The notes: generated by a model from the letters alone, not told the origin. A DNA stretch of 64,000 nucleotides from Azolla caroliniana (GCA_043228905.1 JBHGNT010000030.1:1-64000), one strand, 5' to 3'; positions 22,659 to 34,185 are shown, counted from the stretch's first letter. Numbers and translations are program-made.

Positions 22659-23513
22659 GTTGCACACTATGTGGAAATTATATTTTTGTCCCTCCGGATA
22701 GAGAATGGAGTGCTCGGTGAGAACCGGAAGAAAACGGCATACCGGCAAGGAGGAAAACGGCATACCGGCAAGGAGGAAAAACGGCATACCGGCAAGGAGG
22801 AAAACGGCATACCGGCAAGGAAGAAAACGGCATACCGGCAAGGAAGAGCCGGATAAAGAGACATAAATGTAAAAAGAAAGGAAATACTCACTACTGCGCA
22901 GGGCGTGATTCGAACTCTACACCTCCACGTTGACAAACCCCAACCTTACCATTACATTAACTTATCTTAAGTGTTTTAAATATAGATTTAATACGTATAA
23001 GACCTTTATTTATGCATACCTTTATTAAAAGGTAAATCATGTATTTTTAGAGTGCGTGAATATTTTATAGAAAAACGCAAGCGACTAAAAAGTGACTCAT
23101 GCACATCTAGCGTGCATGAGCACTATATTTAGCAAATAAAAGCAAGGATTAGAAAAGCATCACATGCACATTTAGTGTGCATGAACATATTAGAAAAAGC
23201 ATATAGCTATGCTTAGTCTCTCCCATCACTATATAAGGATGGGGAGCACATTGTAGTTTTTGTTGATTATTTGGATTAAGTATTAATCAATACAAAAACT
23301 ATTCGTGGGATTCACGATTTATACATCTACTTCTCTCTTAACACCCTAAGTACCAATTAATATAGTATACTCGTGTGATTCACGAGTTTCTTATCTTTCT
23401 CTTTGCTATTTACTCATAATTAATCTCTATCTCACGAACTTCTTTCTCCTAGTCCAAGACCTCTGTGGTTCCCACCCGACTCACGCAACGATCCGGAGCC
23501 GAAAGGCACGACA
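22646..23513 (+). repeat. 3' LTR of Gypsy B
   Basis: Near-identical direct repeat of 10668-11535. Confidence 0.95.
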
Positions 23514-23517
23514 ACGT

Positions 23518-24386
23518 GAAAAATTACATTTTTGGTCTCTCCGGATAGGACATGGAGTACCTGGTGAGAACCGGAAGAAGGAACCGGTAAGGACCGAAAC
23601 CGGTAAGGAGAACCGGCAAGAGCCGGATGAAGAAGGCCGGTGAGAGTCGATGAGAAACGGACGAAGAGATCGGTAAGGAGGTCCCGGTAAGAACCGGACG
23701 AAGAAAACTAGCAAGCACCGGATGAAGCAGAACCAGAAAGAGCCGGATGAAGAAGGCCAGTGAGAGTCTCTCACCGGATGAAGAGACATATTTGTAAATA
23801 GAAGAAAGTATAAAAATATATATATTACATGCATAGGGCAAGATTCGAACCTTGCACCTCCATGTTAATAATGTTAAGCCTTATCATTATACTAGCGTAT
23901 TATGAATTTTTAAAGTATACTAAACTTTATCCCATGTAAAATTTCTAGACATGCATGGTATAAAAAGTTATTCATGCATAGACACTCGAGTTAAAAGAAA
24001 AGATGAGATAGAAAGCTAATCATGCACATGCAGTGTGCATGAAAACTAAAGATAGGAAAAGCATGATGCTTGCATGGGATAAACTTAGACTCTTCCAACA
24101 CTATATAAGGAAGAGGGAAAGATGTATAGAGGTTGTTGATTATTTTACAAGGGTTGATTAATATAAGATAATCGTGGGATTCACGAATTTGCTAACTATT
24201 CTTTCTCTCTTAATTTGATTACTCACTAATACACTATACTCGTGGGATTCACGAGTTTTTTATATCTTTCTTTCTTACAATATATTTCATATTCTTAATT
24301 GCCTTAGAATTTTCATTCCTCCTAGTCCAAAACCCCAGCGGTTCCCACCCGACTCACGCAACGATCTGAAGCCGTAAGGCACAACA
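23518..24386 (+). repeat. Main part of LTR C (diverged relative of the B LTR)
   Basis: Joins 10641-10667 to give a B-like LTR start; ends GGTTCCCACCCGACTCACGCAACGATC..GGCACAACA like B. Confidence 0.85.
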
Positions 24387-24857
24387 CAAGTGGGACAACT
24401 ATCATATAGTGTAGATTTTATGTATTTACTTTTCATATATGAATTATAGATGAAACAACCATTAGAAAACCATGTGCACAAAACCATGGTTCTAAACCCA
24501 TGGTTTGTGCATGACATAAGCAAAACCGTGTGCACAAAACCATGGTTTTAGCCCATGGTTTTGTGCATGTCACAAGCATGGAAAGACCTATAAAAGCCTC
24601 TAGTTGGGCTTGTGTAAGGGGGGCTCAATATGTGATATCACCAACACCATATCATCAATATAATTATATTTGTCTTTATCTTCTTCATATTTTTCTACTT
24701 CTCAAGTGTACAATCTTTCTTCTTCTCAAGTAAACCAATTTCATCTAATCTTACATTGATCGTCATCTCTTCGATAATTCTACAAACATCCTCCCCAATC
24801 CAAGACCCCGGTGGTCGTTCGAGTAGCACACGCACGCGCGAATCTTCACGACAACGT

Positions 24858-25102
24858 GCTTGGCATCTGAAGATTATGCAATATCTTCATCAAATTGGCT
24901 TGAATGTCGAAATCCAACAACTCCCTCTACGTAGGAAACAACTCTAGAAGCTCGTTTGTCATCATCCTATAGGTGGATGATTTGGTCATTCAAGGAGAAA
25001 GTTTAGTCGGCATCAACAAGGTGAAATCCCTCCTCTCTAACAAATTCGAGATGATGGATATGAAGGAACTTCATTACTTCCTAGGCATTGAAGTATTCGG
25101 AT
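24858..25102 (+). pseudogene. Copia A RT middle fragment
   Basis: AWHLKIMQYLHQIG..IIL*VDDLVI..FEMMDMKELHYFLGIEV. Confidence 0.88.
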
Positions 25103-26888
25103 AAACGGCCATGCAAACGAGGAGTAAAGAGGCACGTCGAAAAGGTATGAGGGGCTATGAATAGGACATTAAACCACCGCCACATGGCATGCAATGCTAT
25201 TATAGTACACAACCTACACATGCGGAGGCTCGAAAAAGGCGCCAAGATGCAGAGAGAAAAAACCCCATGCATTGAGACCTTCTCCTACCGCGAACCAAGG
25301 AGAACAGACGCAGACAAACGCGTAAAGATCAATCGCAGAGAGCTCGTGCACAGAGAACCCCCTCACTCAGAACTTTCTCTCTCACACTTTCCCCACCATC
25401 AAACCTCACCAATGCTCTCCGACCTCGACGCAGAGATGGACTGCCAAACGTTGTCTGAAGCCACCAAGAAATGGCTATGGCAACACGGACTGGTGGGTTC
25501 CATAACGATCATGGAGGCGGCGCCACACAAGGAGGCCGAAAAGATTATCAAAGAAATCGACACAGAGGTGATCACGGAGGAGGAGATCCGTGCGTTAATA
25601 GGCCTTCTGGAGGGAGGCATCTACACGATCGATAATCCTACCTCCGAGCAGCTCATCAAATATTTCGGTGAGTACTCTCTCGCTAGCAAGGGCTATAGGA
25701 CACAGAGCGGCGAAGACATGTTATTCCGCGAAATTGCCCGTGTACTCCATGAGTTCGGCCACGTGTACCCTCGACCCCCCGTCATGCCTCAGAACCGAGT
25801 AGGCTTGATCATCGCAACGTACGAAGGGGTCAAGGTGGATTGGCCGGTGCTGATCGCCGACGGGCTGTGTACAACTATTGATATAGTAAGAGGAAAGGAC
25901 GGCAAGGAAGGCCCGAAAATATGGCATGCGGTGACGCAATGGCTCACCCTATTGGCGCCACCGGTCGAGCCCGTCCAAACCAAGAAGCGGGGAAGAGCAA
26001 CGGACGGCACCCCGAAACCTGCTTTGAAACGGCAACAATTGTTGGCCTCCAAGGCCACTAAGGGGAAGACGGCCGACGTAGAGAAGGCGGCAAAGGAGCA
26101 CGCCAGCCGGAAGCGGCCGATGGACACACACGAGGAGACACCGGCATGGCCCCTGAAGAGCCCACTCCACCAACCGGTGCAGCAGGAAACGGACACCCGG
26201 GCGGCTAGAATGAATGTCGAGACTCAGGCGGAGGAAATGGAGGAAGAACCCACGGAGCACCTCTAGCGGCGGCCAGTGAAGAGCACCGCTGAATCAGCCG
26301 GGAAGCGTTCAGACCCACAGAAGGAGGGAACGCCTGCAACTCACACTGAGCATCCCACACCAAGGGAGGCACCGGAACCGGTTCGGATGGAACCGGTCAC
26401 AGAAGTCCCTGCACAACAGGCAGCATCGGCAAGCCCCGTACCCACATAACTTGACACTTAGATGTCCGTTTCCTACGTAGTAAAGTGCATTCAAAAGCTC
26501 TTCAAGACCTTTATCTATTTGTACCAAGATATTAAACTTATTTAAATAGTATCTTCACTATTATTGTTTTATATTTCATGAGAAGAACCACACACTCGAT
26601 TTCGTATATTCCTCACAAGTTTCACACTATTGCCGAAAATCTTCACGACATCCACCCCCACCAAACCGCACGTCCTCCGGTACGTGCCAAGAAGAGAGAG
26701 TGTGAGATTTTGGCTACGGTGATCAATCAGATTCCTCCACTTCTTCATTCACATTTGCCCTATTATCTTCATGGTCGAGGTGATCGAGGTCAGGATCCTC
26801 ATCTTGTCTTTTCTTGAAAATCTTTATTCTTTTCCATGCAATGGGTACGACCAACTTTGATCCGTCTAGCTCCGCAAGGTGGTATGTG
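25103..26888 (-). mobile_element. 3' fragment of B-type Gypsy G (IN C-terminus, PPT, truncated 3' LTR)
   Basis: TYHLAELDGSKLVVPIAWKRIKIFKK matches B's YRLSELDGTILRVPIAGKRVKIFKK. PPT GGTGGGGGTGGA 26662-26651. LTR start TGTCGTGAAGATTTTCG at 26650, the same start as solo LTR F. Confidence 0.82.
25412..26266 (+). CDS. Retrotransposon-associated extra ORF of unknown function, antisense to Gypsy G
   Basis: Long frame (open from 25157; likely ATG 25412 after a CT-rich leader). Globular N-half with YEGVKVDWPVLIADGL, then a K/R/E/P-rich tail. The frame continues past TAG 26264 to about 26449. Confidence 0.6.
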   Translation: MLSDLDAEMDCQTLSEATKKWLWQHGLVGSITIMEAAPHKEAEKIIKEIDTEVITEEEIRALIGLLEGGIYTIDNPTSEQLIKYFGEYSLASKGYRTQSGEDMLFREIARVLHEFGHVYPRPPVMPQNRVGLIIATYEGVKVDWPVLIADGLCTTIDIVRGKDGKEGPKIWHAVTQWLTLLAPPVEPVQTKKRGRATDGTPKPALKRQQLLASKATKGKTADVEKAAKEHASRKRPMDTHEETPAWPLKSPLHQPVQQETDTRAARMNVETQAEEMEEEPTEHL

Positions 26889-28125
26889 GGTAACACGATC
26901 GGGAAGAGTGTTTGCTTTATAAGGTTCAAGAAGAGAACTATGGAAGACCGGATGTATCCGAAGATGCGGAGGAAGATCAAGGCAGAATGTGACATCATTA
27001 ACCTTACCGGTAATACGGAAAGGACCGAGTCGGCGATAATCCAACTTGTCGCACGGTCGAGTAGTCTTGATGTGACGATGTAAAAGCCATACTCGATCTC
27101 CGATGGCGAAAGAGGAGGGAAGCCGATGACGATCTGCGTATGTCTTCTGTGTCTGTTGAGCATGACGAATATGAGTAGAGAGATCCATCTGGATCTTGCG
27201 TAGTCTCTCCAAATGATCCTCGGCATGAGGATTGGTAGGTAGCTTCGGGGTGTCGATCACCGACCAGCGAGGATGAGAACCGGTATAAGTGTAGAATGGG
27301 GAGACTCGAGTCAAGGAGTGAACAACATTATTATACGCAAACTCCGCAAAGTGGAGAATCTCGGCCCAATTGTCCTGTTGATAACTCAGGAAACACCGGA
27401 GATATTGCTCCAGCATTTGGTTTGTTCGTTCTGCCTGCCCATCGGTCTAAGGATGGTAGTCAGAGGAGAGGTTGCAAGAGACCTTGAGCATCTTGAAGAG
27501 ATGCTACCAAAATTTGGAGACAAATTGCGGTCCTCGGTCACTAATGATACTGTCTGGGAGGTCATGATGCCGAAATACCTCACGCATGACAAGGGTGGTA
27601 GTTTCCTTGCTAGTGATGGCCTTAGTACACGACACAAAATGTGCCATCTTCGTATATCGATCGACGACGGTTAAGATAGCATCGAACCCCTTCGAGACCA
27701 GCAGATCTGTGATAAAATCAAGACAAATAGATTGCCACGGCTTACTTGGAATCGATAAGGGTTCCAACAAGCCATATGGATGGTGTCGTGGCATCTTTGC
27801 TTGGCAACAAGCATCACAGGTCCGAACGTAGTCGTCGACAAAACGCTGCATATGGGGCCACCAAAAGGATCGTTGAACTAGATCCAACGTCTTAGTGCTA
27901 CCGAAATGTCCCGCCATATGGGTGTCGTGACAACTTTGGACGATTTGAAGACGACAGGAGCAATTGGGGACATATACAAGCTTTTTAAAGAATAACAAAC
28001 CATCATGATATTCGAATTGTCGGTAGTCCATACTTGGTTGCTGAGATTGGGAATAGGATGCCCGAGAGGTATCAATGTGCGCTAGAATGTCTTGAGCAAA
28101 ATTGTCTGTCTTCAAATTCACACGT

Positions 28126-28650
28126 TGTCGTGAAGATTTTCGTCCATAGGCGGAAACCGGGGTGGAATAGGCAAATCGGTGGTGTGCACCATGTGCACAT
28201 GTATACTAGGAAATGGTGTATAGAAATAAGAGGGGAAATTTTATCCCACATTGTAAGGTCCCTCCCTCCTTGGGCTATAAAAGGAAGGGAGGGGTCACTT
28301 ATGAGGGGTTGCCTATTTTGCGTATGAAGGGTATACCACTTAGTCTAGAGTTCTTACCGTTTTAGGGTTAGGGTTTCGTTTAGGGTTTCCTTGTTCATCC
28401 CCGGTTAGGGTTTTCTCATAGTTTGGTGCGGTCCATGCGGCCACCATTGTTGTAATGATTCGTTTGCTTTAATATATCTTGTTGAGTATCTTACCTCCGC
28501 CGATCTCTCCTTCTATGTCGTGATCATATTCTTTCTTCTTCTCCTCTTGAGCTAAGCATCCAAACACATCTTATTCTTTCTCCTCTACTCCCTAGTCCGA
28601 GACCCCCGTGGTCCCACCCCTTCTACACGCACGCGCGTAACAACGCGACA
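28126..28650 (+). mobile_element. Solo LTR F (B/G-type Gypsy) inserted in E pol
   Basis: TGTCGTGAAG...CGCGACA, 525 bp, perfect TSD ACGT (28122-28125, 28651-28654); CTATAAAAG TATA near 28275. Confidence 0.92.
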
Positions 28651-31600
28651 ACGTATGGTGTCGATAATCTGGGAATCCATTGGGGTGTGAAAAATCCGCG
28701 TTGTGTGCAATCGTGTTGGTCCCAAGATTACTTGCTTTTGATTATTGAATGCGGGATCACCAGGACGAGGTGCAAGATATGAACGCCGTGATAGTGCATC
28801 TGCCTTTCCTTGTTGCTTCCCCGGTCGATATGTGATTTTGAAATCAAAACATGTGAGGAATTGAGCCCACCTAGCTTGCCGTCGATTTAGCACATGGGCG
28901 TTCTGGAAATAAGAAAGATTCTTGTGATCACTGAAGACAATGACCTGATGTGGAGAACCCTCCAAAAAATGCCGCCATTCCACAAATGAATCCACGATGG
29001 CTAATAACTCCTTGTCATGTATTTCGTAGTTGATTTCTGCAACATCGAATTTGCGCGAATGGAAAGCCACAGGGTGTAACTCTTCTTTATCTCCTTGTTG
29101 AGAAAGGATGCTACCGAGGGCGAAATCTGATGCGTCGGCCTCCATGATGAATGGTTTGCTTGTATCCACATGGGCTAGAATAGGTGCTGATGTAAAGGCT
29201 TTCTTAAGATGCCGAAAAGCCATGTCCGCTTCATTGGACCAAAGAAATGCTTGTCCCTTCTTCGTAAGTTGTGTGAGAGGTAAAATAATCTTCGAGTAAT
29301 CCTGTATAAACTTGCGGTAGAAGTTAGCAAAACCTAGAAAACATTGTACATCTCATACTGACCATGGAATTTGCCACTCTAGCACAGTTTGGACTTTAGC
29401 TGGATCCATGGAATTTCCCTTTGAGGAGATAACGTAGCCTAGAAATTCCACTTGCTTGCAGTCGAAGCTACATTTTTCTAGCTTGGCATAAAGACCATTC
29501 TTGCAGAGTCGGTTTAGTACTAATAGTACATGAGAATCGTGCTCTTCCTGGGTCTTCGAATAAATCAATAGATCATCCAGATAGATGATCAAACAGATAT
29601 CCAAGAGGTCTCTGAATATATCATTTGTCATGTGTTGGAAGATTACAGGTGCATTGGTTAGACCGAACAGCATAATAGTATATTCGAAATGCCCATACCG
29701 CGTGCAAAAGGCGGTCTTCCATTCATCTCCCGGTCGGATCCACACGAGGTTATACGCTCCTCGTAGATCGATTTTTGTAAAAAACTTGGCACCATTAACT
29801 CGCTCTAAAAGACTTGATATAAGAGGAAGTGCATACCTATTCTGAATGGTGACCTTATTTAAGTCGTGGTAATCAACGACAAGACGAAGTGAGCCTTATT
29901 TCTTCTTGATAAAGAAGATGGGTGCTCTGGGCAGAGATTTCGAATGACGAATAAACCCGCTTGCCAAGTTCTCCTCTATGTAGGCTCGAAGGACTTCTAA
30001 CTCGGTGGGTGACAAGTTGTAGATTGGTCCCCATAGTGGCTCTGCTCCTGGTTGTAAATCGATGGGACAATCGTAGGGACGATGATGAGGAAGAGTACCG
30101 GCTTTTACCTTGTCAAATACGTCGGCATAAGGATGATATTTCGCTAGAAGTTGCACTAAGGATTCCTCCTTAATATTGCTGGAAGGATGTACTGATATGG
30201 CAAATAGGAACATTGCCTCCTTGACATGTCCTTCTTCGCGTAGTTGACGTAATGAAATGGTCGAAACTCGATGAGTAGATTCTTGGGGTTGTCGATATCG
30301 AACTTCTCTTGTTCTCCAATTTATGTCTGGATTATGTAGTTCAAACCAAGGTAATCCCAGGACAATGGGATGCTCTGGACTACTAATTATATTAAATGAT
30401 ACTACACACACAAAACTACCTAGGACAATCTGAATGGGTTCTGACTCCTCTACAATATTCCCGGAAGCAATGGGGCAACCATCAATGACTTCTACATCTG
30501 CGAGGCAAGGAAGTTTTCTTAAGGATATCTGAGAAGCTTGGGCAAAATTTCGATCCATGAAACAGGAATTGGCTCCGGAATCTAAAAGTGCTAGGACTTG
30601 TATTGGGGGAGTACTTTTAGTACTAATCATGACTTGGGCTAAGAACACATTGCTAACTTGCTTGGAGGGAATGGAACCACTAATGGGCTGTACAGATCTA
30701 GGGTTGTCCAACCAAACGACTCCTATTTTGGCTGGACTCAATCGTTTAACTCTTCATCTAATTGACAAAGGATTTCAAATTTGTTTGAGATACTTGGGCT
30801 ATTAGTACTATTAATACTATCAGACACTCTATTAGTACTATTAATACTATCAGACACTCCTAAGGGAAAAATTGACTCGGGTTTAGTACATGCTATGATT
30901 TGATTTACTTGTCTTCTTGGTCTATGGGGACAATTGATTGTGATATGCCCTGGTCCACCACAATACAGACATAATTGATTTGCATGGCGTCATTGCTTTT
31001 CTTCTTTCGATAATGGGCCACGTCGACGCATGGTGTCAATCTCCATCGGTGTCGGAGTATTTGCTTGGGATACGTCGCATGCGAACGCTTTAGCCGTGAC
31101 TGAGGCATATGTGGGCTTCGGCCTAGAGCGTGGTATTTGTAATTGACGTTCGGAACGCTGTTCGAAAAGGCGGTTGTCACATCGGATCGCTCGACTGATT
31201 GCCTCCATAAGAGATTTTGGTTCTTCGGGGAAGGTTAAAAGTAAATCTTTTACATCGTTTCGCAGGCCGTAGCGAAACTACTCCATTAGTGCCTGATCAT
31301 CCCAGGGAATATTGGAGGCGAGTAGACGGAAATCCGCCGCGTAGGCAGAGGCTGGACGATCACCTTGACGCAATCGTCGGATCTTGTTGATCGTCGTCCT
31401 GATGTTGTCGGTGTCTCCAAAGCAGGCTTTAAACTCACTAATAAAATCTTCAAAGTTATTAAGCAAGGGCAATTGTTTTTCTAGAAGCGGAGCGAACCAT
31501 GCTAAGGCTGAGCCGCTAAGCAACGTGCCTATTAGGCCGACTTGGGATGCATCAGTGGGGTATTGGGAAGGATGCAGTTGGATAACTAATCGTACCTGAT

Positions 31601-31964
31601 AAAGGAATCCCCTGAATTGCGATCGCGTTCCATCAAATTTCATAGGAAGTCCAATCTTCGGCTCTTTATGAAATCCTTGGGGACTTGATCCTTGTTGTTG
31701 CAATGCTGCTTCGAGTTGTTGTACCCGTAACACTAACTCCCCATGTTGTTGCTGCGTTTGTTGTTTTTCTAGAGCGATTTGTTGCAGATCCCCTATCAGT
31801 CGTTGGTTTTCTTGTTCCAAGGCAACAAATTTATCTTTTAGGCACTGTAGCTCGGAGAAAACGGATTGATATTCTTGGGCGCTAACAGTAGCCATAGTAT
31901 AGGGAAAAGGGTAGGAGGATGAGGGAGAACGACAAGTAGGTTGGAGGAAGAAATTGGTTCAAAC

Positions 31965-32055
31965 TGTCAGGAATAGTACTAAAGAAGAGAAGTACTATTA
32001 GTACTAAAGAAGAGAAGTACTATTAGTACTAAGAGGACGGGACTGCGTAAGACTC

Positions 32056-32115
<60 letters not shown>

Positions 32116-32448
32116 AAAAGAGAGATAGCGAGGATGAGAGAGAGAGAGATGATGATGATAACAGCTAATATATTATGTGAAGGATAAGTACAAAATGGCT
32201 AAGAGGCTTAAGACTGGCATTGAACCAAATTGGTTCAACATAATGCCTAGTGCCTTCTTTTATAGTGTTCTCAAGAGTAATCCTAAAGCTTCTAGAATGT
32301 TCCAGAGAAATCTAGAATATACATTAATTTCCTATAATAAAACTTAAATGAAAATAATATCCTACATATTACAATAGGTGGTATAATGGTCAAGAGCTCA
32401 ACCCATATAACGTAAGGTCATGGGTTCGAGTCTTGCCATATCATGACA
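31965..32448 (-). repeat. 5' LTR of chromovirus E
   Basis: Termini TGTCAGGA/TCATGACA (7/8 inverted match). Internal (AG)n. TATAAAA at 32264 (minus). Copia A codons (HYILNLLYKFGMTECK) resume at the boundary. Confidence 0.85.
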
Positions 32449-34185
32449 CTACATTCTCAACTTATTATACAAGTTTGGGATGACAGAGTGCAAATATGTG
32501 TCAACCCCTCTCGATTGAAACCTCAAACTAGATGTTGACTCTAGCACAGACGAGTGCGAGCCGACTCAATATCGACAACTGATCGGGAGCCTCGTCTATC
32601 TCATGATCATGCGACCCGACCTCAACTAACTGGTCGATCTCCTTAGCCAATTCATGCAAACTCTGCGAGATATCCATTTCGATTACGCTAAGCGAGTATT
32701 ACGATACGTGAGTGGCATAATGGATTACGACATTCTTTACACATCGGCCACACCAATTTGACTTGAAGGGTACACGGATGCCGACTGGGCCAGCTACAAA
32801 GACGATCGACGATCAACCTTTGGTTTTGTCTTCTCCCTTGGCAACAGAGCAATTTCATGGAGTAGCAAGAAGCAACCAACAGTAGCTCTTTCGAGTACGG
32901 AGGCAAAATACAGGTAGTCGTAGCTACATGTGAAGCTATATGGCTCAAGAGCATTTGAAGGATTTGGGCATTCCCATCAAGGATCCGACTCCCATTTATT
33001 GCGACAACATGAGTAGTATATATCTGGCTCAAAACCCAGTGTTCCACTCACGCACAAAGCATACCAAAGTGCACTACCACTTCTGTATTGAATTGTGATG
33101 AAAAATCTGGTTTTTCTATGAACTCAAGCTTAATTTATTATTATTATTATTTTTTAAATCCGGTAAAAAAACTTTGAACATGAATTCAATATATTGTATA
33201 GAGTTATGATGAAAAATCTTTTTTTTACGTCAATTCAATACAACATATCTTGTTCATGTTTAAAACTCTTGTTGTTTTTCAAATAAAAGAGGTTTTTTAA
33301 AGATGTATGTTGCACAACACGATACCTTATGGTAAATATGTGCTTCATTTATTAGAAGAAAACCATTAATAATTGTGTTGATGGTAATTGAACTTTGCAA
33401 ATGCCATTTACTTCACAAATTTTGAAGGGGAATTCTTATAAGGAAGGAGATTATAACATTGTAGATACCTTGATAACTATGTGTTATGTTCAAATTGATA
33501 TATTAATGTTCACATCTAAAGTTTGACAATTTATGAATATCGTCTACATTTTAGGAGTTGTGGATTTATCAAAATTGTTTATAAATATTGTCTACATTTC
33601 TTGAGTTGTGAATTTATGGATGTTAATGAGCACTAATTTATAGATGATGACATTAAGGATTGCAATATTACCTTTTATACTTAAAACATTTTCAAGTCTA
33701 ACAATAGATGTAACCTTAATCTTCTCAAGACGGTGAAACCATTAATCTTAACCTGTGCCTTGAGTTGACCATAATTGTGATTTTCTTTAAGTTAACTACA
33801 TTTCATATCTGCAAACCATCAACATTTAAACATTATCCCTAAACTATTCAATTTTAGAAATTATCATTTTGAAATTTGTTAAATCTCAAAAAAATAGCCA
33901 AATTTACATGCTATTTAAAACATGTGATACTAGTGTATCAAGTTTTTGGAAATTGTCTAAAATCGCAAGATTATAAAAGGAATCTATAAGTGGAATGCGC
34001 AATCCTTCCACTTGTGAATGCAAAGGTGTTTTCATTCGAGAGCGTGTTCAGGACGGAGACGTCGATCTTCTACACATAAACACGAATCTTCAAACAGTCG
34101 ACATCTTCACCAAGGCCGTAGGAGCCGACAAGCTTCGTCAATTCATGTCTGACCTTGGATTAACGATCCCTGACTTGCGAAGCTT
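32449..34185 (+). pseudogene. Copia A RT C-terminus and RNase H (interrupted at 33084-34030)
   Basis: [60 protein letters not shown]|IRERVQDG, QTVDIFTKA. Confidence 0.9.
33084..34030. mobile_element. ~950-bp AT-rich non-autonomous insertion (Helitron-like or unclassified)
   Basis: Splits Copia A codons CAC TTC|ATT CGA, with TTC on both sides. No long TIR. Hairpin AAGTGGAA..TTCCACTT at 33988-34013 close to the right end. Confidence 0.65.

Larger units (their letters stand above)
10668..23513 (+). mobile_element. Ty3/Gypsy LTR retrotransposon B (non-chromovirus, young)
   Basis: 868-bp LTRs 10668-11535 and 22646-23513 (about 6 differences by eye). 4-bp TSD ACGT (10664-10667, 23514-23517). tRNA-Trp PBS. 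PPT GGAGGGGGCGAG 22634-22645. PR-RT-RH-IN order. Confidence 0.95.
10641..24853 (+). mobile_element. Composite Gypsy LTR insertion C/H in Copia A RT
   Basis: Interrupts KQA[L/P]R|AW of Copia A RT, flanked by GCGT (10637-10640) and ACGT (24854-24857). LTR C = 10641-10667 + 23518-24386 (homologous to the B LTR). Partial LTR H = ~24390-24853, ending CACGCACGCGCGAATCTTCACGACA. Confidence 0.8.
26889..32448 (-). mobile_element. Ty3/Gypsy chromovirus E (Tcn1-like), 3'-truncated
   Basis: 5' LTR 31965-32448 (TGTCATGA..TCCTGACA on minus). Gag KEPKIGLPMKFDGTRSQFRGF; PR ALLDSGANSCF; [18 protein letters not shown]; RH EADASDFALG; IN GHFG..SDRGPQF..LGPFRI..IHPVFHSSLLEPY. Chromodomain and 3' LTR missing. 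Confidence 0.9.

Noticed and set aside
32372-32448. Possible genuine tRNA gene (also 10915-10990 and 23830-23900)
   Set aside because: Acceptor and anticodon stems do not pair; only the A/B boxes are retained.
32449-32485. Alternative E LTR end at GGATGACA 32485
   Set aside because: This stretch is Copia A RT coding sequence (YILNLLYKFGMT), and 32448 gives the better terminal repeat.
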